This document shows positions 39,128 to 49,296 of a stretch of DNA of 49,631 nt, in pieces. The stretch comes from Verrucomicrobiales bacterium (GTDB taxonomy: Bacteria; Verrucomicrobiota; Verrucomicrobiia; Limisphaerales; JACDHS01), in assembly GCA_028293445.1 (NCBI GenBank), contig JAQGOU010000006.1, positions 1 through 49,631 of the forward strand, in the 5' to 3' direction. The translations under genes and the position numbers were made by a program. The notes beneath the pieces are model-generated. The model did not search any database, was not told where the DNA came from, and worked only from the letters and a program-made list of their open reading frames with translations. Numbering within the stretch: the first letter of the stretch is position 1; each line of letters begins with the position of its first letter.

Positions 39128-39136
39128 GCGGCCTAC
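39113..39136 (-). repeat. Single REP-like element (GTAG plus palindrome)
   Basis: Minus strand GTAG-GCCGCGTG-CCCC-CACGCGGC. Confidence 0.6.
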
Positions 39137-39241
39137 ATCTTGCCCGCTGTCGGTCGGCTACCGTCAGCGTGCGTGTTCGTAATGCGAGATGCGTTTCTTC
39201 TGCATACACGAATGTTGTAAATTGTCCGCGACACTTTTAGT

Positions 39242-40324
39242 TTGGCCTACTGCTTGAGCACTCAAAACTCACAATCGAATAGTCCGAGCCCGCGACAGTT
39301 GGGCTACCGCATGCCGGCCGAATGGGAACCTCATGTCGGCACCTGGTTTTCGTGGCCGCGACCTGAAGGAATCAGCTTCCCGGATAAATACGACACCGTC
39401 CCGCCGGTTTATGCCGAGCTCATCAAACAGATCGTGCAAGTCGAAGAGGTGAACATCAATGTGTGGCACCGAGAGATGGAAGAATGGGTGCGTGGCCTGC
39501 TGACCAAAGAAAAGGTTCCGCTCGCGCGCGTGCAGTTCCATCATTTTCCAGCCTACGAACCATGGTGCCGTGATCATGGACCAATTTTTCTGTTACGGGA
39601 TCAGCCAGGAAAACATGAGCGAGCGATTGTGGATTGGGGTTACAACGCGTGGGGTGGCAAGTATCCACCATTCGATCTGGACGATGCTGTTCCGCAGCAT
39701 GTGGCAAAGTTGCGCGGGTTGCCCCTCTTCTCACCGGGCATTGTCATGGAAGGCGGTTCGATTGAGGTGAATGGGCGCGGCACGGTCTTGACGACCGAAG
39801 CCTGTTTGCTGAATCCGAATCGGAACCCGCATCTGTCCAAAGCGGAGATTGAGAAATATCTCTGCGACTATCTGGGGTGCACCAATGTGCTTTGGCTTGG
39901 TGACGGTATCATCGGCGACGACACGGACGGACACATCGACGATCTCACGCGGTTCATCAATCCGACAACCGTAGTCACAATCATCGAGAAGGATCCAGCC
40001 GATCCCAATTGTGAAATCCTCGCGGACAACCTGAAACGACTTCACACCTTACGCGATCAGGACGGCCAACCACTCCGCATTGTGGAACTGCCGATGCCGC
40101 GGCTGATTGAATTTGAGGGGCAACGGTTACCGGCGAGTTACGCCAATTTTTATATCGCCAATAAAATTGTCGTGATGCCGACCTATCGCGACAAGAACGA
40201 TCAGGTGGCGATTGATATCCTGCAACGCGAGATGCCGAACCACCGGGTCATCGGTGTGGATTCAACCGAATTAATTTGGGGACTCGGCTCGTTCCATTGC
40301 ATCAGCCAACAGGAGCCCGCCTAG
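39242..40324 (+). CDS. aguA: Agmatine/peptidylarginine deiminase family (start may be ATG 39311)
   Basis: MPAEW, WCRDHGP, EGGS, DTDGHID, SYANFY, GSFHCISQQEP. Confidence 0.93.
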   Translation: MAYCLSTQNSQSNSPSPRQLGYRMPAEWEPHVGTWFSWPRPEGISFPDKYDTVPPVYAELIKQIVQVEEVNINVWHREMEEWVRGLLTKEKVPLARVQFHHFPAYEPWCRDHGPIFLLRDQPGKHERAIVDWGYNAWGGKYPPFDLDDAVPQHVAKLRGLPLFSPGIVMEGGSIEVNGRGTVLTTEACLLNPNRNPHLSKAEIEKYLCDYLGCTNVLWLGDGIIGDDTDGHIDDLTRFINPTTVVTIIEKDPADPNCEILADNLKRLHTLRDQDGQPLRIVELPMPRLIEFEGQRLPASYANFYIANKIVVMPTYRDKNDQVAIDILQREMPNHRVIGVDSTELIWGLGSFHCISQQEPA

Positions 40325-40327
40325 CCC

Positions 40328-41104
40328 GTGAAGACCGAAGCCCCAGTCATTGAAATGCAAAACGTCTCGATCGTCTCGCCGCAGGAAGCGGATGTGGCGC
40401 AGGTCGAGAACGTGAACTGGCGCGTGCAGCGGGGTGAATTCTGGATCATTGGTGGAAGTCACGGTTCCGGTAAAAGCAATCTGCTCTCAACGGCCGCGGG
40501 ATTGCAAAATCCTCTTCGCGGTAAGGTGACGCTGTTTGGACGCGACGCTTCCGGCACGCGCGAGAAAGAGTTGGAAGAAGAACGCCGACGCATCGGTCTA
40601 GTGTTTCAGAGCGGCGGCCGTAATCTTTCCCGGCTGACTATTGCTGAAAACGTGGCGTTACCGCTCCGGTATCACGGCAATTTATCGGAGGCTGAAGTGG
40701 AACACGAACTGCGTCGGATTTTGGAACCGATGGAATTGATCCCGATGGCGAAAAGTATGTCGAAGACGGTGAGCCTTGGATGGCAACAACGAACGGCTTT
40801 AGCCCGTGCGCTGACGCTGAAGCCGGAAGTTCTGTTGCTCGACAAGCCGCTGAGTTCTGTCGAGGCACGCCACCGCCGCTGGTGGTTGGAGTTTTTGCCG
40901 AAATTGTTTTCAGGTTCAGCCTTGGAAGATCAGCCGGCGATGACGGTCGCCCTGGTGACGGACGATGTTGAACCGTGGATCAATATCGGCACTCATTTCG
41001 CCGTGTTGAAAAAGAACGGTTGGCAGTTTTTGGGAAACCGCGCAGAGTTACAGCGCGATGAGAAACAACTGCGCGAATTGTGGGCAGATGAACTGATCTT
41101 TTAG
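40328..41104 (+). CDS. MlaF-like ABC ATP-binding protein with degenerate catalytic motifs
   Basis: Walker A GSHGSGKS, Q-loop VFQ, ENVALPL, ALARAL; adjacent to an MCE gene. Confidence 0.85.
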   Translation: MKTEAPVIEMQNVSIVSPQEADVAQVENVNWRVQRGEFWIIGGSHGSGKSNLLSTAAGLQNPLRGKVTLFGRDASGTREKELEEERRRIGLVFQSGGRNLSRLTIAENVALPLRYHGNLSEAEVEHELRRILEPMELIPMAKSMSKTVSLGWQQRTALARALTLKPEVLLLDKPLSSVEARHRRWWLEFLPKLFSGSALEDQPAMTVALVTDDVEPWINIGTHFAVLKKNGWQFLGNRAELQRDEKQLRELWADELIF

Positions 41105-41106
41105 CG

Positions 41107-42384
41107 ATGGCGCAACAAGACTTAACTCCACAGCTTCGCACCCGGCTCAGCCGCGTTGAACGCGCCGTCGGGCTCTTTGTCACGTTCGCGACACTCGTGC
41201 TCCTGGCGGGGTTTGTGTATTACATTTACCATAGGGCGAAGAGCAAAGGCTGGTTTCTCACCAAAATCGTTTACCAGACAGGAGTCAACAACGCGGCGGG
41301 TCTTGCGATTGGCAATCCAGTAAAGCTCATGGGCTTTAACGTCGGCGAAGTAACGGAAATTATTCCCAACGAACCGTATGACTACTACGGCGTCACGCTG
41401 AAGTTCCGAATCCAAGATCCAAACTTTGGTTACATTTGGACCGACTCAAAAGTGCGCGTTGCGGCGGCAGATTTTCTCGGCAACCGCTACCTGGAAATTT
41501 TGAAAGGGAGGGAAGGAATTCCGACGGTGCTCACAATCAACAAAAAGGCTGTTGGTCTGCTCGATCGCAAGGGTGTGGAGAGAAAGTTTAAGGAAGAGTT
41601 TTCCGTGCTTCTCAAGAAAATCCAAGAGGAGAACCCGGATTTCAACGAACACTCTGCACGTGCTGAGGCGACCAATGCGGTCCAAAGCTTCCTCAACGGG
41701 CAGGCAAAAACACGCTCCGAATTGTACTATGTTGCTCTTTCCAATACGAACGAGGCTTATTGGCTGGATCCGCTTGAATCGCCGGCGCTAACGGATCGTC
41801 TGGAGACGGTTGTCAACATGGTAGAAGCAGCGCTTCCCAATGTCCTGGGTCTGACGAATAAGTTGACGAGTCTTTTGGGCGGCGCGAATACCACGGTCGC
41901 TGAAGTAAATGCGATTCTCAAAGACGTGCGTCCTGTCGTGACGAATCTTTCCTTCATTACTTCAAACTTGCGCGAGCCGAAAGGTTCCCTTGGTGAATGG
42001 ATTCTGCCGAAAAACATTAACTCGCAACTCGAGAGCACCCTGGCCAGCGCCGATTCGACCATGCGGACAGCGGACGCCACCCTTAAGACCGCGCGGACCA
42101 CGCTACACAATACGGATACCAATATTACGCTGCTTGTTTCGAACCTCAATAACTCACTCGAGAACCTCGCGAATCTCACGAGCAATTTGAACGCCCAGGT
42201 TCAAGTGAACACGAATATCATCAGCGCACTTTCTGAAACTATTGTGCATTCGGATGACCTGATACAGGGCTTGAAACGTCATTGGCTTCTACGCTCCGCC
42301 TTCAAGACCAACAAGGTGCAAAAGGGTGAATCGCCTTACCCCTCCAGGACCGAGCCGCTGGCGATTCCGCGCCTGAAGAAGTAG
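41107..42384 (+). CDS. MlaD/MCE-domain protein
   Basis: N-terminal TM, AAGLAIGNPVKLMGFNVGEV, FLGNRYLEI, helical C-terminus. Confidence 0.88.
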   Translation: MAQQDLTPQLRTRLSRVERAVGLFVTFATLVLLAGFVYYIYHRAKSKGWFLTKIVYQTGVNNAAGLAIGNPVKLMGFNVGEVTEIIPNEPYDYYGVTLKFRIQDPNFGYIWTDSKVRVAAADFLGNRYLEILKGREGIPTVLTINKKAVGLLDRKGVERKFKEEFSVLLKKIQEENPDFNEHSARAEATNAVQSFLNGQAKTRSELYYVALSNTNEAYWLDPLESPALTDRLETVVNMVEAALPNVLGLTNKLTSLLGGANTTVAEVNAILKDVRPVVTNLSFITSNLREPKGSLGEWILPKNINSQLESTLASADSTMRTADATLKTARTTLHNTDTNITLLVSNLNNSLENLANLTSNLNAQVQVNTNIISALSETIVHSDDLIQGLKRHWLLRSAFKTNKVQKGESPYPSRTEPLAIPRLKK

Positions 42385-43332
42385 TTACTCCTTAGCGGAA
42401 TCCTTATCGATCACCGCGCGCGGATGGAATTTCCGGTGAACCTCGCGTAATCGTTGTCCGGCCACATGCGTGTACACTTCGGTGGTATTGATCGTCGCGT
42501 GACCGAGCAACTCCTGGATCACACGTAAATCCGCACCATGCTCGAGCAGATGTGTGGCGAAACTGTGTCGAAGCATGTGAGGCGTAATATTCTTCGTGAT
42601 GCCCGCGCGCCGCGCTCGATCTTTGATCCGCTTCCAGATTGTCCCGGATGCAAACGCTGTGCCGCGCTTCGTCAAAAAAACATTCGCCGTCGACTTTTTG
42701 TTCACAAGCGCAGGACGTCCTGAATCCAGATAGCGTTGAATCGCTTCGATTGCTTTCTTGCCCACCGGCACGACACGTTCCTTGTTTCCTTTGCCGATAA
42801 CGTTGATGAATCCAGCCTCCAGTTGCAGTTGCTCGAGCCGAATGTCCTTTAACTCCGAGCGGCGCAGTCCTGAAGCGTAAGCTAATTCCAGAATCGCCTG
42901 ATCGCAGAGCGTGTGCGGCGTTTGAATCGGCTCCGGGCTAAGCAATTGATCGATGTCCGGGTCGCTGAGAGATTTCGGCAGCCGTTTCCAACGACGTGGT
43001 AACGAGAGATTTTCGGCAATGTTTGCCGGCAGGAATTTCTCCTGTTCTGCAAATTTATAAAGGGCACGCAAAGCAGCAATCTCGAGATAGACGCTTTCCG
43101 AACTTAACGTACGGGTCGATTCCTTCGGCTCCGTTTCAAGACTGCGCGAGCGCTCATACTCAATAAACGACATGAGGTGCGACAACTCGACCGACTTCCA
43201 ATCGCTCAGATTATTTTTTTGCGCCCAGTCCGTAAATCTGAACAGCAGGCTCGCATAAGTGCTCGCGGTGCATTCGGAGTGACCACGTTCGTGGCGAAGA
43301 TACGAGAGGAAATCTTCAACGAGAGCACGCAT
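42385..43332 (-). CDS. xerD: Tyrosine recombinase XerD/XerC
   Basis: LAYASGLRRSEL, GKGNKERVVP, TPHMLRHSFATHLL, QELLGH, TTEVYTHV; XerC not excluded. Confidence 0.88.
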   Translation of the reverse strand: MRALVEDFLSYLRHERGHSECTASTYASLLFRFTDWAQKNNLSDWKSVELSHLMSFIEYERSRSLETEPKESTRTLSSESVYLEIAALRALYKFAEQEKFLPANIAENLSLPRRWKRLPKSLSDPDIDQLLSPEPIQTPHTLCDQAILELAYASGLRRSELKDIRLEQLQLEAGFINVIGKGNKERVVPVGKKAIEAIQRYLDSGRPALVNKKSTANVFLTKRGTAFASGTIWKRIKDRARRAGITKNITPHMLRHSFATHLLEHGADLRVIQELLGHATINTTEVYTHVAGQRLREVHRKFHPRAVIDKDSAKE

Positions 43333-44263
43333 GATATTTGGATAAAATGGTTTCCACGATCGCGCCCGGCTCACTCGTGGGCGTCAGATGAGTCCAATCC
43401 AGATACATCTTGCGCCGGAACCAGGTCATCTGCCGTTTGGCGTACTGTCGGGTGCGAATCTTCACCAACTCCACCGTCTCAGCCAGCGACCGTTCGCCTC
43501 GCAGATGCTCAACGACCTGTCGATAGCCGATCGCCTGCAATGCTGTTTGATTTCCATCGAGGCCACTCGCCAGCAACGATTGGGTTTCGTTGACCAGGCC
43601 TTGCGCAAACATTTCATCCACTCGGAAATCAATTCTCCGCCGCAAATCTCCGGGCTCGCGGGATAATCCGAACAGAAATCGTTTGTCTGGAGTCTCGGCC
43701 GTTGGCTTCTGCCAAGCGGAACGCTGTTCGGAGAATGGTTTGCCCGTCAAACGAATCACTTCAATAGCGCGAATGACCCGGCGCGGATTCTTCTGATCGA
43801 TCCTATCGAAGGTGACGAGATCTTTCTCCTGTAACTCACTTAATAACGTCTCGAGCGGAGACGCTTCCAGTTCGGCGCGTAAATTTACATCCGAAGGAGG
43901 CGCTTCTCCCAATCCTTCGAGGAAGGCTTTGAAATAAAGACCGGTTCCACCACAAAAAATCGGGATGCGCTTTCGGGCGCAAATATCCACGACTGCTCTC
44001 TGGGCCAACTCACAAAACTTTGCAGCGTCGACTGCGCCAGTGAGTTCGGCTACATCGATGAAGTGATGAGGAATCTTTACTCGCTCAGCAGCACTTGGTT
44101 TGGCCGTGCCGATATCCAGACCTCGATAGACCTGCATCGAATCAACCGAAATGATTTCGCCAGCAATCTTTTCGGCCAGAGCCAGGGCAACGGCTGATTT
44201 TCCGACGGCGGTGGGACCGGCGATAAAAATCGGCTGCTGTTCAGGTAAAGGATACAGAGTCAT
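43316..44263 (-). CDS. miaA: tRNA dimethylallyltransferase
   Basis: GPTAVGKS, DSMQVYRGLDIGTAKP, GGTGLY, TRQYAKRQMTWFR. Confidence 0.97.
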   Translation of the reverse strand: MTLYPLPEQQPIFIAGPTAVGKSAVALALAEKIAGEIISVDSMQVYRGLDIGTAKPSAAERVKIPHHFIDVAELTGAVDAAKFCELAQRAVVDICARKRIPIFCGGTGLYFKAFLEGLGEAPPSDVNLRAELEASPLETLLSELQEKDLVTFDRIDQKNPRRVIRAIEVIRLTGKPFSEQRSAWQKPTAETPDKRFLFGLSREPGDLRRRIDFRVDEMFAQGLVNETQSLLASGLDGNQTALQAIGYRQVVEHLRGERSLAETVELVKIRTRQYAKRQMTWFRRKMYLDWTHLTPTSEPGAIVETILSKYHACSR

Positions 44264-44277
44264 TGGGAACGGCGGCG

Positions 44278-45069
44278 CTACTTTGTACGAACAGTTCGTC
44301 GTGGCAGAAGGAAAAACAGCGCGAGACCGGCTGTAATGATTCCGATGCTCACAAATTGCCCGGGACTGATCAGCCCATTAAGATAGTACTCGGCCGGTTT
44401 ATAATCGGCGCGGAACAACTCTACGATGGAACGCAGAACGGCATAGCAGATCAGATACATCGCAAAAACTTGTCCGCTGAATTTTTTGCGCTGATAAAAC
44501 CACGCAAGGAACAAATAAAGACTGAAGTTCAACACCGCCTCATAGATTTGGGTGGGATGCACCGGGGTAGCCAGTCCCCCCATGACATGGGTTTCGTGTC
44601 CCTCTGGAAAAGTAATCGCCCAGGGCAAGCTGCACTGTTTGCCGAAACAACATCCTGTCATCAGACAGCCAATTCGTCCAAATGTATGACCCAGGGCGAT
44701 ACTGGGTGCCACGGCATCTGCGAACTTCCAAAGGGGAATCTTTTTCAAGCGGGTATATAGAACCATGGCCAACAGCGCGCCAATAAAGCCGCCGTAAAAA
44801 ACCAACCCGCCCTTTTGAATCATGAAAACCTCAGTGAAAGGTTTGTTCGCGAATTCCTCGCGCCAATACGAGATGACGTGAAGCAACCGTGCCCCAACCA
44901 TGGCACCGATTAACAGCCACGGTGCTGCATCACTGATCTGGTCTGGGGTCAATCCATCCCGCACGCCTCGGCGGCCAGCAGTCCAGATGCCCGCGATGAA
45001 ACCGAGCGCGACAAGAATGCCGTACCAATAAATCGTGAGTGGCCCTAAATGAAATGCAATTGGATGCAC
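44278..45069 (-). CDS. lgt: Prolipoprotein diacylglyceryl transferase
   Basis: IYWYG, GARL, GGLVFYGG, GRIGCLMTGCC, HPTQIYE. Confidence 0.96.
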   Translation of the reverse strand: MHPIAFHLGPLTIYWYGILVALGFIAGIWTAGRRGVRDGLTPDQISDAAPWLLIGAMVGARLLHVISYWREEFANKPFTEVFMIQKGGLVFYGGFIGALLAMVLYTRLKKIPLWKFADAVAPSIALGHTFGRIGCLMTGCCFGKQCSLPWAITFPEGHETHVMGGLATPVHPTQIYEAVLNFSLYLFLAWFYQRKKFSGQVFAMYLICYAVLRSIVELFRADYKPAEYYLNGLISPGQFVSIGIITAGLALFFLLPRRTVRTK

Positions 45070-45077
45070 GAATTAAC

Positions 45078-45115
45078 AATCTAGATTTCAAATTTGAAAA
45101 TACAAATTTCAAATC
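45078..45115. repeat. 7-bp tandem microrepeat in the divergent promoter region
   Basis: AATCTAG ATTTCAA ATTTGAA AATACAA ATTTCAA. Confidence 0.6.
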
Positions 45116-45220
45116 AGGTCTCGACCGGATGCAGAAATGAGGCTTTTTGCCCGGCGCTCTTCAATCCCCCACTTTGCGATTTGTTCTTTTCGTTGATTGG
45201 TGCATTTTGGCCACGGACTC

Positions 45221-48200
45221 ATGACCATTTGGACACTGATATTCCGCAGTCTGCGCTTTCACGCCCGGTCGCATCTGGGTGCGTTGCTCGGGGCGGCTAT
45301 CGGCAGTGCGGTCCTCATTGGCGCATTGATTGTGGGGGACTCGGTTCGAGGCAGTCTCCGTGACATGGCATTGCAGCGGCTCGGGAAGATCGAGTGCGCG
45401 CTTGTGGGCGGCGATCGGTTGTTTCGTTCGGCGCTCGCTCACGACCTCCTCTCCATCGGGAACTCAACGACGGACGGTACTGTTACACCCATATTAACCA
45501 TTCCAGCGATGGCGACCCGCTCTGACGGGAGCGCACGGGCAAATCGCGTGCAGCTGCTCGGAGTGGAAACCAACATCGTCCGATTGGGAGGGGATCTAAG
45601 ACTGGCAAATTTGCCCCCGGGGACGGTCGCGCTGAACGAGGCTCTGGCGTCGCATCTGCGCGTGCAACCGGGGGACACGGTGATCTTCCGTGCGGAAAAA
45701 GCCTCCGCTCTTTCACGCGAAGCGCCCATCTCCCCGCAATCTGAATCATCCATTGTGTTGCGGCTAAAGGTTCACTGCGTCATCGCCGCGGAAAATCTCG
45801 GGAACTTCAATTTAGCAGCCACTCAGCTTACACCCTTCAATGCCTTCGTCTCTCTTGCTGAATTGCAAAAGAGCGCTCATGCAGAAGGTCGAGCGAACCT
45901 GCTCGTCGGCGCTCTCGAAGGCTCCACATTAAACCCGGATTACTTCAAAAAGGTTTGGAGATTGGAAGATGTTCAAGCCGAATTGAAGCTGCTCCCGGCC
46001 GCACAGCAGATCGAACTGCGTTCTGAACGAATCTTTATCGATCCCGCTCTCACAGAAGCCGCGTTGAAAAACAGCGACCGTGTCCGTGGGCGACCTTGGA
46101 CAAATTCCAATGCAATCGATGCTGATCAAAAGCTCGCCGCCGAACTGACGAACGTACAACCGATACTCACTTACTTCGCGAATCAACTTCGATCCGGCGA
46201 ATATGCAACGCCTTACTCCATGGTGACGGCCACAACAGCGCCGCGCGTTCCGGCCGATCTAAAAGAAGACGAAATTGTAATCAATGAGTGGCTCGCCGAG
46301 GATTTGCAGGCGAGGCCTGGAACCGAAATTGAAGTCACCTATTTTCTTCCTGAATCAGCCGGCCATCTCGTAGAACGGACCAATCGCTTTCGCGTGCGCA
46401 GTGTAGTCCCGCTTAGCGGTCCTTACGCCGATCGCACCTTGATGCCGGAATTTCCTGGCATTACCCAAGCGGAGAAGACACAGGACTGGGACGCGGGCTT
46501 TCCACTGGTTCACAAAATTCGTCCCAAGGATGAGCAATACTGGAAAGAGCATCGGGGCACACCAAAGGCTTTCATTTCACTGACGGCGGGGCAGAAGCTC
46601 TGGGGAAATCGATTTGGCAATCTCACGGCGATTCGTTTTCCACTTCTAACCGTTGCGCAGGAAACAGATCGTGTAGCACGAACCAAACAGGCTCTCGAGG
46701 TAAAAATCCTTTCGGAGGTCCATCCAGCACAACTTGGTTTGCGCTTCGAACCAGTGCGCGAGCGGGGCCTTGCTGCGGCGTCGCAATCAGAAGATTTCGG
46801 AGGGCTCTTTCTTGGCTTCAGTTTCTTTTTAATTATTGCGGCTGTGCTCCTCATGGCGCTGCTCTTCCAGTTTGGGTTGGAACAGCGTGCTCCCGAAATT
46901 GGCACTCTCCTCGCTTTGGGATTCACACCTAAACGCGTTCGCAGGTTGCTACTGGTTGAAGGCGCAATCATTTCACTTGGCGGCGGGTTTATTGGCGCGG
47001 TCGGCGGGATTTTCTTTGCCAAGGCGATGTTGCAGGGGCTGACGACGATTTGGCGCTCGGCGGTGGGGACTTCGTCTCTGCAGTATCACGCCACCGGCAC
47101 GAGTCTGGCGATTGGTTTTACGGCGAGCTTCCTGATCAGCACACTTACAATCTGGGCGATGCTGCGCAAACAGGCTCGCCAACCCGCACGGCAGCTTCTG
47201 AATGAAGGTTCCAACAGTGAGATTCAGAATACGGCTTCCATAAAACCGAAGCGCCAGTTTGCTCAGTGGATTGCGTTAGGATGCTGCTCGAGCGCGATCG
47301 GATTGCTGGGCTGGGCCATTTCGCAAAAGGAAAGTCACTCCGCGGAAACATTTTTCTTTTCCGGAATGTTGTTGCTCGTCGGCGCACTTGCCGGTTGTTC
47401 CGTGCTTCTGCGCAAGCTCGCACAATCGCATGCCGGCAATCACGTTTCCATGATGGCGGTCGCCCTCCGCAATTCCACGCGCCGCCGCAAGCGTAGTCTC
47501 ACCACTATTGCCCTCCTCGCCAGCGGCGCTTTTCTGATTGCAGCAATCGGCGCATTTAAACTCGATTCCAATCAAAACGCAGAAAAGCGTTCGTCCGGCA
47601 CGGGCGGTTTCGCCTTCATCGGGGAGACAACCTTGCCCATCGTGCAACATTTGAATGAGGCCCCCGGTCGCGACTTCTTCGGCTTGAACGAAAGGGATCT
47701 CGCGGGTGCATCGTTTGTCCCGCTCCGAGTGCATGACGGCGACGATGCCAGTTGTTTAAATCTTAATCGGGCACAGAAACCGCGCCTTCTCGGCGTCCGG
47801 CCTGAAGAATTGTACAGTCGCAAATCGTTCACGTTTGCAGGTCTTGCGAAATCAATTCCTGCGGATCAGGGCTGGCTGTCGCTTTCCACCACAAACATCG
47901 AAGAGATCCCGGCGATTGGCGATGAGGCATCAATCGCCTGGGCATTGCACAAGAAAATTGGGGATACACTCGATTACACAGACGAACGCGGGAATGTATT
48001 TAGAATTCGCATCGTCGGTGCGGTCGCTAATTCTATTCTGCAAGGAAGTCTCATTATAGATGAACAAGCGTTCACAAAGAAATTTCCAGGAGATACTGGC
48101 TACCGCATGTTCCTGATCGATGCCCCGCGTGCACAGTTACCGCAACTTTCTCGCGAGCTTTCGCGCGGTTTAAAAGATGTCGGACTTGAACTTACACCCG

Positions 48201-48619
48201 CCAACAAACGTCTCGCCGCTTTCAACGCAGTGCAGAATACTTATCTCAATACCTTCCAAATCCTCGGTGGGTTGGGCCTGCTTTTGGGCAGCGCTGGTCT
48301 CGGGGTTGTGGTTCTCCGCAATGTTCTCGAGCGTCGCAACGAACTGGCTTTGCTCCTCGCTGTTGGATTTCGAAAGCGATCACTCCGCATGCTTGTCCTT
48401 AGTGAACACGGCGTTCTGCTGGTGCTCGGTCTTTGCATCGGCATCGCCGCCGCACTGCTCGCCGTTTTGCCGGCATTGATTTCGCCACGCGGCGACATAC
48501 CTTATGAATCATTGGCCATCACTCTCGGTGCGATCCTGCTGAGCGGATTGCTTTGGACGTGGGTGGCCACGCGGGCGGCGTTGCGCGGGGAGTTATTGAA
48601 AGCATTGCGGAACGAATGA
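45221..48619 (+). CDS. Large FtsX/MacB-like ABC transporter permease (two FtsX halves)
   Basis: EQRAPEIGTLLALGF and ERRNELALLLAVGF motifs, multiple TM helices, large periplasmic loops. Confidence 0.88.
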   Translation: MTIWTLIFRSLRFHARSHLGALLGAAIGSAVLIGALIVGDSVRGSLRDMALQRLGKIECALVGGDRLFRSALAHDLLSIGNSTTDGTVTPILTIPAMATRSDGSARANRVQLLGVETNIVRLGGDLRLANLPPGTVALNEALASHLRVQPGDTVIFRAEKASALSREAPISPQSESSIVLRLKVHCVIAAENLGNFNLAATQLTPFNAFVSLAELQKSAHAEGRANLLVGALEGSTLNPDYFKKVWRLEDVQAELKLLPAAQQIELRSERIFIDPALTEAALKNSDRVRGRPWTNSNAIDADQKLAAELTNVQPILTYFANQLRSGEYATPYSMVTATTAPRVPADLKEDEIVINEWLAEDLQARPGTEIEVTYFLPESAGHLVERTNRFRVRSVVPLSGPYADRTLMPEFPGITQAEKTQDWDAGFPLVHKIRPKDEQYWKEHRGTPKAFISLTAGQKLWGNRFGNLTAIRFPLLTVAQETDRVARTKQALEVKILSEVHPAQLGLRFEPVRERGLAAASQSEDFGGLFLGFSFFLIIAAVLLMALLFQFGLEQRAPEIGTLLALGFTPKRVRRLLLVEGAIISLGGGFIGAVGGIFFAKAMLQGLTTIWRSAVGTSSLQYHATGTSLAIGFTASFLISTLTIWAMLRKQARQPARQLLNEGSNSEIQNTASIKPKRQFAQWIALGCCSSAIGLLGWAISQKESHSAETFFFSGMLLLVGALAGCSVLLRKLAQSHAGNHVSMMAVALRNSTRRRKRSLTTIALLASGAFLIAAIGAFKLDSNQNAEKRSSGTGGFAFIGETTLPIVQHLNEAPGRDFFGLNERDLAGASFVPLRVHDGDDASCLNLNRAQKPRLLGVRPEELYSRKSFTFAGLAKSIPADQGWLSLSTTNIEEIPAIGDEASIAWALHKKIGDTLDYTDERGNVFRIRIVGAVANSILQGSLIIDEQAFTKKFPGDTGYRMFLIDAPRAQLPQLSRELSRGLKDVGLELTPANKRLAAFNAVQNTYLNTFQILGGLGLLLGSAGLGVVVLRNVLERRNELALLLAVGFRKRSLRMLVLSEHGVLLVLGLCIGIAAALLAVLPALISPRGDIPYESLAITLGAILLSGLLWTWVATRAALRGELLKALRNE

Positions 48620-48643
48620 CTTTTTAATCACGGATAGACACAG

Positions 48644-49294
48644 ATGAACACGGATTCAAAACAATTCCTTTTACTGGTCGCGGCTCTCTCGATGGTAACA
48701 TTTGGTCAGGCCGCCGAACCGAAAGCGCTTTACGCAAATACGTTTGATATGGTCACGGTCGGCCCCCTGCCCGAAGAGTTTCTTGTGATCGATGGCGCCT
48801 TCGCCGTGAAAGAGGATGGCGGGAATAAGTTTATCGAACTGCCCGGCGCACCACTCGACACCTTTCGTTTATTGTACGGTCCCACCACCAACTTTAACGT
48901 CGCGGCTTCCGCAAAGATCCTTGGCACGGCCAAGGGCCGTCGCTTCCCCACATTCGCGGTCGGCTTGAATGGGGTGGGTGGATATCGCCTGCAAGTTTCA
49001 CCTGCGAAAAAGATGCTGGAACTTTACAAAGGGGACGACCTCCTCAAGGGCGTTGCTTACGAATGGAAATCGGGCGAATGGACACAGCTGCGTTTGGAAA
49101 TGAAAAAAGCGGGGGAGGGAAAGTTTGTGTTACAAGGCACAGCTTCGGCCAAATCCGAAACCGAACCAAAAGAACCGCAGCTTACCTTCGAGGCAAATGC
49201 CACGCCATCAAACGGTCGGCCTTCAGTGTGGGGCAGCCCCTATTCCGGGACTCCGATCTGGTTCGATGATTTGTCTCTTTCGGTCAGCAAATAG
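48644..49294 (+). CDS. Hypothetical secreted protein (possible jelly-roll/LamG-like fold)
   Basis: Signal peptide; beta-rich sequence ending IWFDDLSL. Confidence 0.65.
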   Translation: MNTDSKQFLLLVAALSMVTFGQAAEPKALYANTFDMVTVGPLPEEFLVIDGAFAVKEDGGNKFIELPGAPLDTFRLLYGPTTNFNVAASAKILGTAKGRRFPTFAVGLNGVGGYRLQVSPAKKMLELYKGDDLLKGVAYEWKSGEWTQLRLEMKKAGEGKFVLQGTASAKSETEPKEPQLTFEANATPSNGRPSVWGSPYSGTPIWFDDLSLSVSK

Positions 49295-49296
49295 AA

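Noticed and set aside
42385-43332. Tyrosine recombinase as a prophage or island integrase
   Set aside because: Xer-like size and motifs, operonic with lgt and miaA, and no att sites or cargo seen
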